Shown: one piece after another, positions 45,601 to 53,714 of the stretch
Layout: each line of letters starts with the position of its first letter
Numbering within the stretch: position 1 is the first letter of the stretch
From: Minisyncoccota bacterium
GTDB lineage: Bacteria > Patescibacteriota > Minisyncoccia > Phycocordibacterales > DSPV01
DNA length: 53,869 bases
NCBI GenBank assembly: GCA_041662545.1
Contig: JBAZSH010000005.1
Span: 1 to 53,869, forward strand
Direction: 5' to 3'
The notes under the pieces: generated by a model
Database searches by the model: none
Seen by the model: the letters and a program-made list of their open reading frames with translations, nothing else
Told to the model about the DNA's origin: nothing
Translations under genes and position numbers: made by a program

Positions 45601-47523
45601 TTATTTAACCACAATGCCGTCTGAATATTTAGCTCTAGAATCGGCGCGTAAGTCGGTGGTCAGGTCATTAACATTGCTGTTTAATTTTTCACTAGTAAAA
45701 TCATCATCACCCGTTATTTTGATATTACTTATAACCAAAGGTGATGAACCGATGTGAATAACACTGGGCAAAACAGCGATCTGGAATGATACCTCTTTGG
45801 CTGGGCCGGAGAAACCAGCTAGGGCCGGCACTCGGCCGACATTCCAGATTATCATTCCACCCAATTGATTGAATACCACATTTTCGGTTTGAGGATTAAC
45901 TACTCCCAAAAATCTGGCGTAAAGTGGCAGACGGCCGGTTACCGTAACATTAGAAGCGTCGTTGACCGCATTGGCGATTTTTAAAGTAACCGTGTAAAAA
46001 GTTTCAGTGTCAGCTTTGGGCGGAAGCGGTCCACGGTTTTGAAATGGTCCGTCATAGTAAGTGAGCTTGGCATCCAATGACAATTCGGAAGAAATTTTTA
46101 TTGTTTTGGAATCTTTAGTGCTGAAATTTGAGCTACCGTTACCAGTAATAGTTTGACCTTTGACGGTTGTGTTAAGGGTCATAGTCGGATTGGTAATACC
46201 GGAGCTGATTAGAGAAACCATATCCGAGATGGCGAAGTTCAAACTCAATGATGTCTTGGTGCCGGGGTCAAGTTGTGTCAGAGCGGAGGCGATGTTTTTG
46301 TTCCAGATTACCGCACTGTCGGTTGAACGATAGTAACCATTAGTGGTAACAGCGAAGCGATTAAAGGCCGAACCGGTCAAGACAGTGTCAACCTCAACAT
46401 TTTCTGCTGGTGTTACCGAATTATTATTTAAAAGTAAATCGGCCCTAATTTGACTACCGGCGGTGGCAATAGTTTCTTTAGAAATAGTGTCGCCGTTTAA
46501 GGCAACTGATACTTCAATGGCTGATTTTTTCAAGACAACAGTTTGAATGGTGGTTAAGAAAGCGACAGCGATGAGTTTCTCATCCTGTTTATCTGCGGTG
46601 CCAATAGTAAACCGAAAGACTTTCTCTTCCTCGTTTTGACCTTCAAATCGCCCATGAATTTTAATTGTCCGCTTACTGCCGGATTTCAAATCTCCCAGTT
46701 GCCAAGTATTGTCTCCCGAGAATGTCGCTGGGCTGGAATCGGAAAAAATAAAACCAAAACCGTATTCGGCTTTTAGCAGGAGGTTTTCAATGACGCTTTC
46801 TGAATTAGAGGCGATGGAGACTGTCAATTCAAAAGGTAAGCCGGCGGAAATTTCGGTGGGCGCGTTAATGGCCAGCGTTACTGGCGCCGAGCTTAAAACA
46901 ATTTCAAACTTCTTTTCTTTAAATAACAAAGCGCTAGAACCAGACACGCGATATTCAACGGAAATAGTGATTTCTTTTGTTTCTTTCTCTTGACCAAATA
47001 AAATTGATCGGATTTCCCTCCTCACACTTTCGCCGGAAGCGATGACCCCAAGATCTTCCTTTTGTCGTAAAAGTTCTCTACTAACATCATCGGCCTGGCG
47101 TGTGCCAGTAGGAAACTCTACTACCAAATTAACTGCTCCCATTGCCGTGGGATTTTGGTTATCAACAATAATAGTGAGTGGCAATTCTTCACCAGCGCCA
47201 ATGGATACTGGGCTGGTGATGGAAATATTTACATTATTGCCGGAAATTGTTTGACCGCCGCCGAGGAACATATAGCCAGCGAAACCGGCTGAAATCAAAA
47301 AGAAGACCGCCGCCGCGATGAAAAAATATTTTACAAATGAACCTCCGGTTGGTTTGCTCATAAAAAGATATTTTGACGGGCCTTCATTGTTCCAGTCACC
47401 TCTAATTTCTGGCGAGCTGTCATCATGAAGCACCCGGCGCTCTCGCTCGGCACCGATTCCTTTAGAATCAATACTTTCCTGTAATTTTTCTAGACCACTT
47501 TTTTCCTCTTCAGGATGGTACAT
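45601..47523 (-). CDS. Large membrane-anchored hypothetical surface protein (640 aa)
   Basis: TM around residues 65-87, long beta-rich Ser/Thr/Asn-rich ectodomain. No family recognised. Confidence 0.6.
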   Translation of the reverse strand: MYHPEEEKSGLEKLQESIDSKGIGAERERRVLHDDSSPEIRGDWNNEGPSKYLFMSKPTGGSFVKYFFIAAAVFFLISAGFAGYMFLGGGQTISGNNVNISITSPVSIGAGEELPLTIIVDNQNPTAMGAVNLVVEFPTGTRQADDVSRELLRQKEDLGVIASGESVRREIRSILFGQEKETKEITISVEYRVSGSSALLFKEKKFEIVLSSAPVTLAINAPTEISAGLPFELTVSIASNSESVIENLLLKAEYGFGFIFSDSSPATFSGDNTWQLGDLKSGSKRTIKIHGRFEGQNEEEKVFRFTIGTADKQDEKLIAVAFLTTIQTVVLKKSAIEVSVALNGDTISKETIATAGSQIRADLLLNNNSVTPAENVEVDTVLTGSAFNRFAVTTNGYYRSTDSAVIWNKNIASALTQLDPGTKTSLSLNFAISDMVSLISSGITNPTMTLNTTVKGQTITGNGSSNFSTKDSKTIKISSELSLDAKLTYYDGPFQNRGPLPPKADTETFYTVTLKIANAVNDASNVTVTGRLPLYARFLGVVNPQTENVVFNQLGGMIIWNVGRVPALAGFSGPAKEVSFQIAVLPSVIHIGSSPLVISNIKITGDDDFTSEKLNSNVNDLTTDLRADSRAKYSDGIVVK

Positions 47524-47529
47524 CCCAAA

Positions 47530-47538
47530 ATTGTAGCA
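47530..47538 (-). promoter_or_regulatory. Extended -10 (TGCTACAAT) for the 640-aa/glyQS/M16 unit
   Basis: TGCTACAAT-N6-ATG (47523). Confidence 0.5.
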
Positions 47539-47554
47539 TACTTGGGTATTTTTC

Positions 47555-48097
47555 CTATTTGAACGCTTTCATCAATTGCTCAACGGCTCGCAGGACATTA
47601 GCGGAGTTAAGATTGTTTTGTTGGCTGAAAGCTGTCATCGCGCTTATTATCTCTGGAGTAAGTGAAGCAGATGCTTGATTTCCAATTAATGTAACGCTTT
47701 TAGCGGAAGTGCCTCCCGAACCAGTACAGGTAACCGTCACCGTAGCGCCTGTATAAACTTGCGCGGTAATACTGCCCGAAGTTTGCACTGGACCAATATA
47801 TCCCGACCAAAAATCAAAGTCCTCGGTATCTTTCGTGGCATTTGTAGTCAAGACGCAAGAAGTAGCGTTGGTGGCTGACCAAGCGATGGTATATGCTCGG
47901 GGTTGCGCGTCACTGGTAGCCATTTGACTGGCGGATAAAGTAACAACAGGCGCTGCGGGCGCGGGTGTGGCTACAACCGGTGCGACGACATTAAATTCTC
48001 CTCCCCAGAAGTAAGTTGGCACGCGAGTTCGGGTGTAACAATCAGCGCAGGAAATCTGAACTTTATATTTGCCTAGGGTTATTCCAGCCGGCACTGT
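47555..48097 (-). pseudogene. C-terminal continuation of the modular surface protein, cut off by an in-frame TAG
   Basis: Same frame as 48098-50362. The track's M is a GTG codon. The sequence continues the repeat module (VPAGITLGKYKVQISCADC vs VPAGQYKLKISCASC). Confidence 0.6.
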
Positions 48098-50362
48098 CTA
48101 GGTATAACTTCCTGTATTCGGCACACCAATTGTATCAGGAGCCCAGTATCCGAGAGTTGTGTTGTTGGAATTTGAGAACAGAATAGTTATTTTTTCCGAT
48201 GAAAGAACATTACTGGAAGTCCAGTTAATGGTCACTGGTTGTCCCGCGACCACATTCTGATTAGCGGAAGGAGAAGTTAAGGAAAGTGACGGATTCGTAT
48301 TTGAAGCTTGAATGGTGAAGTATGAATCACTGATATCTTGGATACCGCCGGCGCCACAAGAAGCACAAGAAATTTTAAGCTTGTATTGTCCAGCTGGGAC
48401 ATTTGAAGGAATATCCATATTCCACACGGAAGAATCGCCGCTATTATTGTAATTATAATAACCGTTAAAGCCAGCTGTGAACATTGAATTCTTTACTAAT
48501 GTAAGAGGATAGGTCGCATTATTTGAAGATATGAGCGTAAATGCAAAACTATCAATAGTGGTTGCTGCTGGAAAATTTGCCGCCGTCCAGCCCACACTTG
48601 GTATAGTTTGTCCCGCCACAAAGGTTTCCCCGCCATTCGGGCGTTTGAGGGTGATGGAGGGTTGGGTAGTCGGTGCGGTGATGGTGAAGTAGGAGTTGCT
48701 TTGATCAGTAATACTGAAATTATTGGGATCAGTAATTGTTATCTTGTACTGGCCTACTGGCAAGCCGGTACCTAATGTCCAGTTAAAAATACCATTGTTA
48801 GTAGCATGTGGCTCAACCTGTGAAAGATTGGTGCCTTGAGGACCAATCAAACCTATATGTAGATAGGCACTATTTATATTACTTGATGACCAACGAATTG
48901 TCTGAGTCGAACCAGTTTGCCAACCTTCTCCCCCATTCGGACTCAAGACGGTGATGGAGGGTTGGGTGGTCGCAACAATTTGATACGAAACCGTTACACC
49001 ATTACCAACTATGGAGGCGCCTTGTTTAACACTCACCGATGCGGTCCAATTGCCAATATCTCTCGTGCCGATATGGTCGTTGGCTCGCATTTCATAATAT
49101 CCACCCGTGCGATTAAATGTCATAATATCGCTGTCATCAATACCAGCTGATGTTGAAACCTGTCTCAACCATACAACGGCTCCTTCTTCTGGAGTGAATG
49201 CTGTTCCATCCGATTCTTTCACATTAGATTTGAAAACAACCGTCTCTCCGACTTTATATTCAGATTTATCAGTCTCTAAATTTACGGTGATGGAGGGTTG
49301 AGTATTAGTTAAAGAAATAATATCAAGAAGGCCAGTTGTTAACAAATTGTTGTTAGCGTCATAAACATTAATTGTGTGTTGACCTAAGGTAAGTGCCGGG
49401 GAAACAGTCACAGACCAGTTGCCATTTACAACCGAAACCAATCCACTGCCATACACCTTTCCGCCTGAATTACTAATGGTAATTCCGACTTGGCTCACTC
49501 CGCTTGCGGTGCCAACGATATATGGTGTTGGGTTAGTAGTAGCACTTGTAGTGATGGTGGCTGAGGATTGAGTTGTTGAACTTCTGATTTCAAATTTTTG
49601 GCTTTTAGCAATTATAGGATCATTAAATCCTTTGGTGTAAGTTTTGATTTCAAGCGTATATGTTCCGTCTGGAACAGCGGGTATTATTACATTTTCTGCC
49701 CCATCATTTTGAGTATTGTTAGCAAGATTATATTCTTGACTTGTTGAAATATTTTTTAAGCGTATAACATCTAGCGTTGCAGATTGAGGAATGTTGGTTT
49801 TCCAATATACAGTTACGGAATCACCATTTGACTTGAATGTTTCGCCACCGCGAGGGTAAGTGATAGTAATAAATGGTTGATTTTGATTTCCGCACCCATA
49901 AAGCGAATTCAATTTCGCGCGAGTAAGAGGGCCGACATAGCCGGTCTGGCGAATACCATATTTTGCTTGGAATCTAACAACTGCGGCGGCAACTTCTTCA
50001 TTAAAATCTTCTCCTAAAATATTTTCGTTGTTCGGATTTGGAATAATATTCTCTTTAACTAAGACCTTAACAAGAGCATCTGCATCATTACCTCGACTTC
50101 CGACTGTTAAATCAGTATTAAATGTATAACACCAAGCTGTGCCGGTGGTTGGCGGTGTTGCCGTTGGTGTTCCGCCCGAAAGCGAGACCTGAACATTATT
50201 GATAACCGACTGATCAGCGCCGAAGGCCTGAAGTAAAGTCATAACAGCATTTATTTGTTGCTGGGTTAATCCAGCCGCTTGCGCGACAACAGGAAAACCG
50301 GCCACAGCAACCGAAACAAACATCACCACCGCGAGTCCTAAAATGAGAATTTTATTTTTCAT
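48098..50362 (-). CDS. Modular cell-surface protein: signal peptide, peptidoglycan-binding-like domain, then tandem modules of about 100 aa
   Basis: Signal MKNKILILGLAVVMFVSVAVAGFPVVAQA. PG_binding-like VVRFQAKYGIRQTGYVGPLTRAKL. Repeated QPSIT...PNGGE...W...GQYK modules. Ends at a TAG inside a module. Confidence 0.75.
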   Translation of the reverse strand: MKNKILILGLAVVMFVSVAVAGFPVVAQAAGLTQQQINAVMTLLQAFGADQSVINNVQVSLSGGTPTATPPTTGTAWCYTFNTDLTVGSRGNDADALVKVLVKENIIPNPNNENILGEDFNEEVAAAVVRFQAKYGIRQTGYVGPLTRAKLNSLYGCGNQNQPFITITYPRGGETFKSNGDSVTVYWKTNIPQSATLDVIRLKNISTSQEYNLANNTQNDGAENVIIPAVPDGTYTLEIKTYTKGFNDPIIAKSQKFEIRSSTTQSSATITTSATTNPTPYIVGTASGVSQVGITISNSGGKVYGSGLVSVVNGNWSVTVSPALTLGQHTINVYDANNNLLTTGLLDIISLTNTQPSITVNLETDKSEYKVGETVVFKSNVKESDGTAFTPEEGAVVWLRQVSTSAGIDDSDIMTFNRTGGYYEMRANDHIGTRDIGNWTASVSVKQGASIVGNGVTVSYQIVATTQPSITVLSPNGGEGWQTGSTQTIRWSSSNINSAYLHIGLIGPQGTNLSQVEPHATNNGIFNWTLGTGLPVGQYKITITDPNNFSITDQSNSYFTITAPTTQPSITLKRPNGGETFVAGQTIPSVGWTAANFPAATTIDSFAFTLISSNNATYPLTLVKNSMFTAGFNGYYNYNNSGDSSVWNMDIPSNVPAGQYKLKISCASCGAGGIQDISDSYFTIQASNTNPSLSLTSPSANQNVVAGQPVTINWTSSNVLSSEKITILFSNSNNTTLGYWAPDTIGVPNTGSYT
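48650..49291. repeat. Module-boundary DNA repeats within the surface-protein gene
   Basis: 17-mer GGTGATGGAGGGTTGGG at 48650-48666 and 48950-48966, exactly 300 nt apart. A 15-nt version lies at 49277-49291. Confidence 0.8.
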
Positions 50363-50413
50363 AATTTTAACTTAAATTGCTAATATATAGAACGACAAAA
50401 CCACTCACTCAAC

Positions 50414-50441
50414 ATTACACCATTTTACCCCCCCCCAGCAA
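50414..50441 (-). promoter_or_regulatory. Putative promoter with a G9 homopolymer in its spacer
   Basis: Minus strand TTGCTG-N16-TGTAAT, preceded by TGG. The N16 spacer contains 8 of the 9 Gs (C9 on the plus strand, 50428-50436). Lies 51 nt upstream of the ATG at 50362. Confidence 0.35.
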
Positions 50442-50457
50442 ATTAGTTATCCCCTTC

Positions 50458-52599
50458 CTATTTTCTCGCTTCTATAATTTCCATCGCAACATTACCCGGA
50501 ACAATTTCGTATTTATCAAATTCCATAGTGAAACTGGCTCGGCCCTCGGTCATAGAACGAAGCGCCGTGATATAGCCGAACATTTCGGACAATGGAACTC
50601 TGGCTTTTATAGCTTTATTCATTCCCCTATCCTCCATACCTTGAATTTCCGCTCGTTTAGAGCCGAGATTGCCTGTTACATCACCCATAAATTTTTCCGG
50701 CGTTACCACTTCAACTTTCATAATCGGTTCAAGTAAAACCGGTTTGGCTCTTTTGGCGGCGTCTTGCAAGGCCTGCGACGCCGCAATTTTGTAAGCGATT
50801 TCCGAAGAATCAACATCATGATAAGAACCAAAAGTCAGCTCGCAAGAAATATTGACCAGACGAAAACTAGCTACCACGCCCCTATCCATACCCTCGCGAA
50901 TGCCCTTTTCCACCGCCGGAATAAATTCCTGCGGAATCACGCCGCCTTTGATGGAATTAATAAATTCAAATTCATCTTCTCTTTTGACATTCTTGGGAAT
51001 TTTTTCACCTTCAACGAGCGGTTTCAGCGGCCGGATAGTAATTTTGACATGACCATACTGACCGTGACCGCCGGTTTGGCGAATATATTTACCTTCCGCT
51101 TCGGCTTCGATGGTAATGGTTTCTTTGTAAGCCACTTGTGGTTTACCGGTTGACGCTTCCACGCCGAACTCGCGCTTCATTCGGTCTACCATAATTTCCA
51201 ATTGTAATTCACCCATACCCCAGACCACCGTTTCGCCGGTTTCTTGGTCTGATTTAATTTTGAAAGTTGGGTCCTCGTCAGACAATCGTTTCAAGGCCAT
51301 ACCCATTTTTTCTTGGTCAGCTTTGGTTTTCGGCTCAATCCTCATAGAAATTACCGGGTCAGTGAATTTAATTGGGTCTAGAATAATCGGATGGTCTTCG
51401 TCGCAAAGGGTGCTGGAAGTTTTGGCTTCTTTCAAGCCAACGGCGGCGGCGATTTCTCCGGCAAAAACTTTTTTTACTTCCTCTCGTTTGTCGGCTTGGA
51501 GCTGAACAATTCGGCCTAGCCGTTCTTTTTTACCGTTAGTGGAATTGTAGACATAGGTGCCGGATTCTACCGAGCCGGAATAAACACGAAAAAAGTTTAA
51601 TTGACCAACGAACGGATCGGTCTGAAGCTTGAAGACCAAAGCCGAAAATGGTTCTTCATCAGAGGCCTTGCGGCTGATTTCTTCGCCGGTTCTGGGGTCA
51701 ATGCCGTGAACTGGTGGCACCTCAACTGGGCTTGGCAAGTAATCTACCACCGCATCCAAAACCAATTGGACGCCCTTGTTTTTCAAAGCCGAGCCAGCGA
51801 AGACCGGGAAAATTTTGTTTTCAATGACCGCTTTTCGTAAGGTTTTTTTCAAATCATCAACGGGAATTTCTTTGCCTTCCAAATAAGCGTGCATCAAAAT
51901 GTCATCATTCTCCACAATTCTTTCAACCAGTTCGGCGCGATATTTTTTTGCTTCTTCCAAAAGTTCCGCTGGAATTTCGTTTTCTATTACCTTTTCCCCC
52001 ATCTGACCTTCAAAATAGTAGGCCTTCATTTTTAGCAAGTCTACCACCCCTTTGTGATTTTCTTCCAAGCCAATAGGAATCTGCATCCGGACGGCGCTTT
52101 TGGATAATCGTTCCAAAATGGCTTTAAAAGAAAATTCAAAAGATGCGCCCATTCGGTCCATTTTATTTACAAAACAAAGCCGTGGCACTTGGCCTTCTTC
52201 GGCATAGCGCCAGTTGGTTTCGCTTTGTGGTTCCACACCGGCTACGCCGTCAAAAATTACCACTGCGCCATCTAATACTCGCATTGAGCGTTTTACCTCG
52301 GCGGTAAAATCAATGTGGCCCGGCGTATCAATAATATTAAAACGGACCTTCCTAGAAGTGTCGGTTCCCATATAGGTCGGATTCCAAAAACAAGTGATGG
52401 CGGCGGCAGTGATGGTGATACCGCGCTCGCGTTCTTGTTCCATCCAGTCGGTTACCGTATCACCTTCGTGAACCTCGCCAATTTTGTGAGTCATGCCGGT
52501 GTAGAACAAAATCCGCTCGCTGACCGTTGTTTTGCCAGCGTCAATGTGGGCAATGATGCCGAAATTCCTCACCTTTTCTAATGGGTAGTCGCGTTGCAT
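50458..52599 (-). CDS. fusA: Translation elongation factor G
   Basis: NFGIIAHIDAGKTT, DTPGHIDF, NKMD. I prefer the start MQRDYPLEK at 52599. Confidence 0.97.
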   Translation of the reverse strand: MQRDYPLEKVRNFGIIAHIDAGKTTVSERILFYTGMTHKIGEVHEGDTVTDWMEQERERGITITAAAITCFWNPTYMGTDTSRKVRFNIIDTPGHIDFTAEVKRSMRVLDGAVVIFDGVAGVEPQSETNWRYAEEGQVPRLCFVNKMDRMGASFEFSFKAILERLSKSAVRMQIPIGLEENHKGVVDLLKMKAYYFEGQMGEKVIENEIPAELLEEAKKYRAELVERIVENDDILMHAYLEGKEIPVDDLKKTLRKAVIENKIFPVFAGSALKNKGVQLVLDAVVDYLPSPVEVPPVHGIDPRTGEEISRKASDEEPFSALVFKLQTDPFVGQLNFFRVYSGSVESGTYVYNSTNGKKERLGRIVQLQADKREEVKKVFAGEIAAAVGLKEAKTSSTLCDEDHPIILDPIKFTDPVISMRIEPKTKADQEKMGMALKRLSDEDPTFKIKSDQETGETVVWGMGELQLEIMVDRMKREFGVEASTGKPQVAYKETITIEAEAEGKYIRQTGGHGQYGHVKITIRPLKPLVEGEKIPKNVKREDEFEFINSIKGGVIPQEFIPAVEKGIREGMDRGVVASFRLVNISCELTFGSYHDVDSSEIAYKIAASQALQDAAKRAKPVLLEPIMKVEVVTPEKFMGDVTGNLGSKRAEIQGMEDRGMNKAIKARVPLSEMFGYITALRSMTEGRASFTMEFDKYEIVPGNVAMEIIEARK

Positions 52600-52645
52600 A
52601 AAAACAAAAACGCCGAGGCGTGTATAATAGAGTAGACCAAATCTC

Positions 52646-52681
52646 AAAAAAAAGCAAAAAAACGGCAGGATGTCCTGCCGT
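52646..52681 (-). terminator. Rho-independent terminator after the 161-aa gene
   Basis: ACGGCAGGA/TCCTGCCGT stem (52662-52681). On the minus strand it is followed by TTTTTTTGCTTTTTTTT. Confidence 0.8.
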
Positions 52682-52687
52682 GCGCGG

Positions 52688-53173
52688 TTATTTTTTCTCC
52701 CAGAAACGGTCTTCTGGATCGCTTTCCCATCTCCACTCTTCCATTAATCCCTTGAGAAAGAGCGCGCTGGCAACTTGGCTATCCACAGATCCTGGGTTTA
52801 AAACTCCCAACGCCGCATACTTTTCTCTTTTCAGCTTAAGATATTCAGCAAGCTCCTGACCATTTGTCCCAATTACCTCGTCAATTTCCTTTCGGATGGA
52901 AGCAGCCTTTTCCAAATTTGGTCGTGCATATTGCCTATCAAGGGGGTCTGCCACCGAAAGCAACCCATAGAGCTTGTATATTTTCAAGCCAATTTCTTCA
53001 AGGCCTAGGCGGTTGAGTTCCGCAGTGACTTGATCACGGATGGTTTGCTCGCGTTTTTGTTTTTCAAACCAAGCGTGACTTTCTTGCCGACGCTTATCTT
53101 CTTTATCTTCATTATTTTGACTTTCCTGAAAACCAAACAAATGTTTGAACATAGAAACGAATTTATTTTTCAT
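52688..53173 (-). CDS. Hypothetical protein (161 aa from the ATG at 53173)
   Basis: GGAGGAATT-ATG Shine-Dalgarno at 53174-53182. Charged, helical-looking sequence. No family recognised. Confidence 0.55.
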   Translation of the reverse strand: MKNKFVSMFKHLFGFQESQNNEDKEDKRRQESHAWFEKQKREQTIRDQVTAELNRLGLEEIGLKIYKLYGLLSVADPLDRQYARPNLEKAASIRKEIDEVIGTNGQELAEYLKLKREKYAALGVLNPGSVDSQVASALFLKGLMEEWRWESDPEDRFWEKK

Positions 53174-53220
53174 AATTCCTCCAAGCGATAATATATCACA
53201 TCTCCACCCAAAAATCCAAA

Positions 53221-53487
53221 TCAATTTTTGTAAATTTTTGAGCGATGACCGATTGCCACTACTAAAACAATCTTTTTACTCCAATCAATTTTGTAAATCA
53301 CGCGGTAATCACCAACGCGAAATTTATAAAACCCCTTCCAATTTGCGCCGAGAGCAATGGGTGTTACAGAATCAAAATTTTTCTCTAACCACACCAACTT
53401 TTCAATAATTCTTAGCCGGTCAAAATCACCAAGATGGGCTAAATCTTTCTCGGCTTCCTGAGAAATTTCCACATACCAAGTCAGCAT
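53221..53487 (-). CDS. RelE/ParE-family type II toxin
   Basis: 88 aa. GFYKFRVGDYRVIYKIDWSKKIVLVVAIGHRSKIY is a typical RelE/ParE core. Confidence 0.8.
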   Translation of the reverse strand: MLTWYVEISQEAEKDLAHLGDFDRLRIIEKLVWLEKNFDSVTPIALGANWKGFYKFRVGDYRVIYKIDWSKKIVLVVAIGHRSKIYKN

Positions 53488-53493
53488 AAAAAA

Positions 53494-53688
53494 TTACGCG
53501 TATTTTTTCTTTATTTCGCTCAATGGATGGGAACGAAAACTTTTTGCAAGAGAATATTTTTTAAGCCGTCGTTTGATTTCTGGCCTTAACTCCAAACCCT
53601 GATCTGGATCAGTCAAAATACCTTGCAAGGATTCTAGCAAGGTTTTGCGTATAATATTCACTAAATTATCGCTGGTTACTCCGTTCAT
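53494..53688 (-). CDS. Putative cognate antitoxin (64 aa from the ATG at 53688)
   Basis: Small ORF 6 nt upstream of the toxin. Family not recognised. Confidence 0.5.
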   Translation of the reverse strand: MNGVTSDNLVNIIRKTLLESLQGILTDPDQGLELRPEIKRRLKKYSLAKSFRSHPLSEIKKKYA

Positions 53689-53695
53689 AAATGTT

Positions 53696-53704
53696 ATGAT
53701 AACA
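53696..53704 (-). promoter_or_regulatory. Extended -10 (TGTTATCAT) for the antitoxin-toxin pair
   Basis: TGTTATCAT-N7-ATG (53688). Confidence 0.45.
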
Positions 53705-53714
53705 TACAACATTC

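Noticed and set aside
48098-48100. Stop-codon reassignment (an alternative genetic code, as in some CPR lineages) as the explanation for the in-frame TAG
   Set aside because: TAG ends rpmH, dnaA and hicA at their expected lengths. TGA ends polA and TAA ends many conserved genes. No conserved protein in the window contains an internal stop, so the code is standard. The TAG is better explained as a TGG-to-TAG change.
52611-52630. Plus-strand perfect TATAAT (52623-52628) between fusA and the upstream gene, as a promoter for an antisense RNA
   Set aside because: There is no -35, no downstream start codon and no structured product. On the minus strand the same bases give TATTAT, plausibly the fusA promoter, followed by a weak CGCC/GGCG hairpin. 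The evidence is too thin to call either way.
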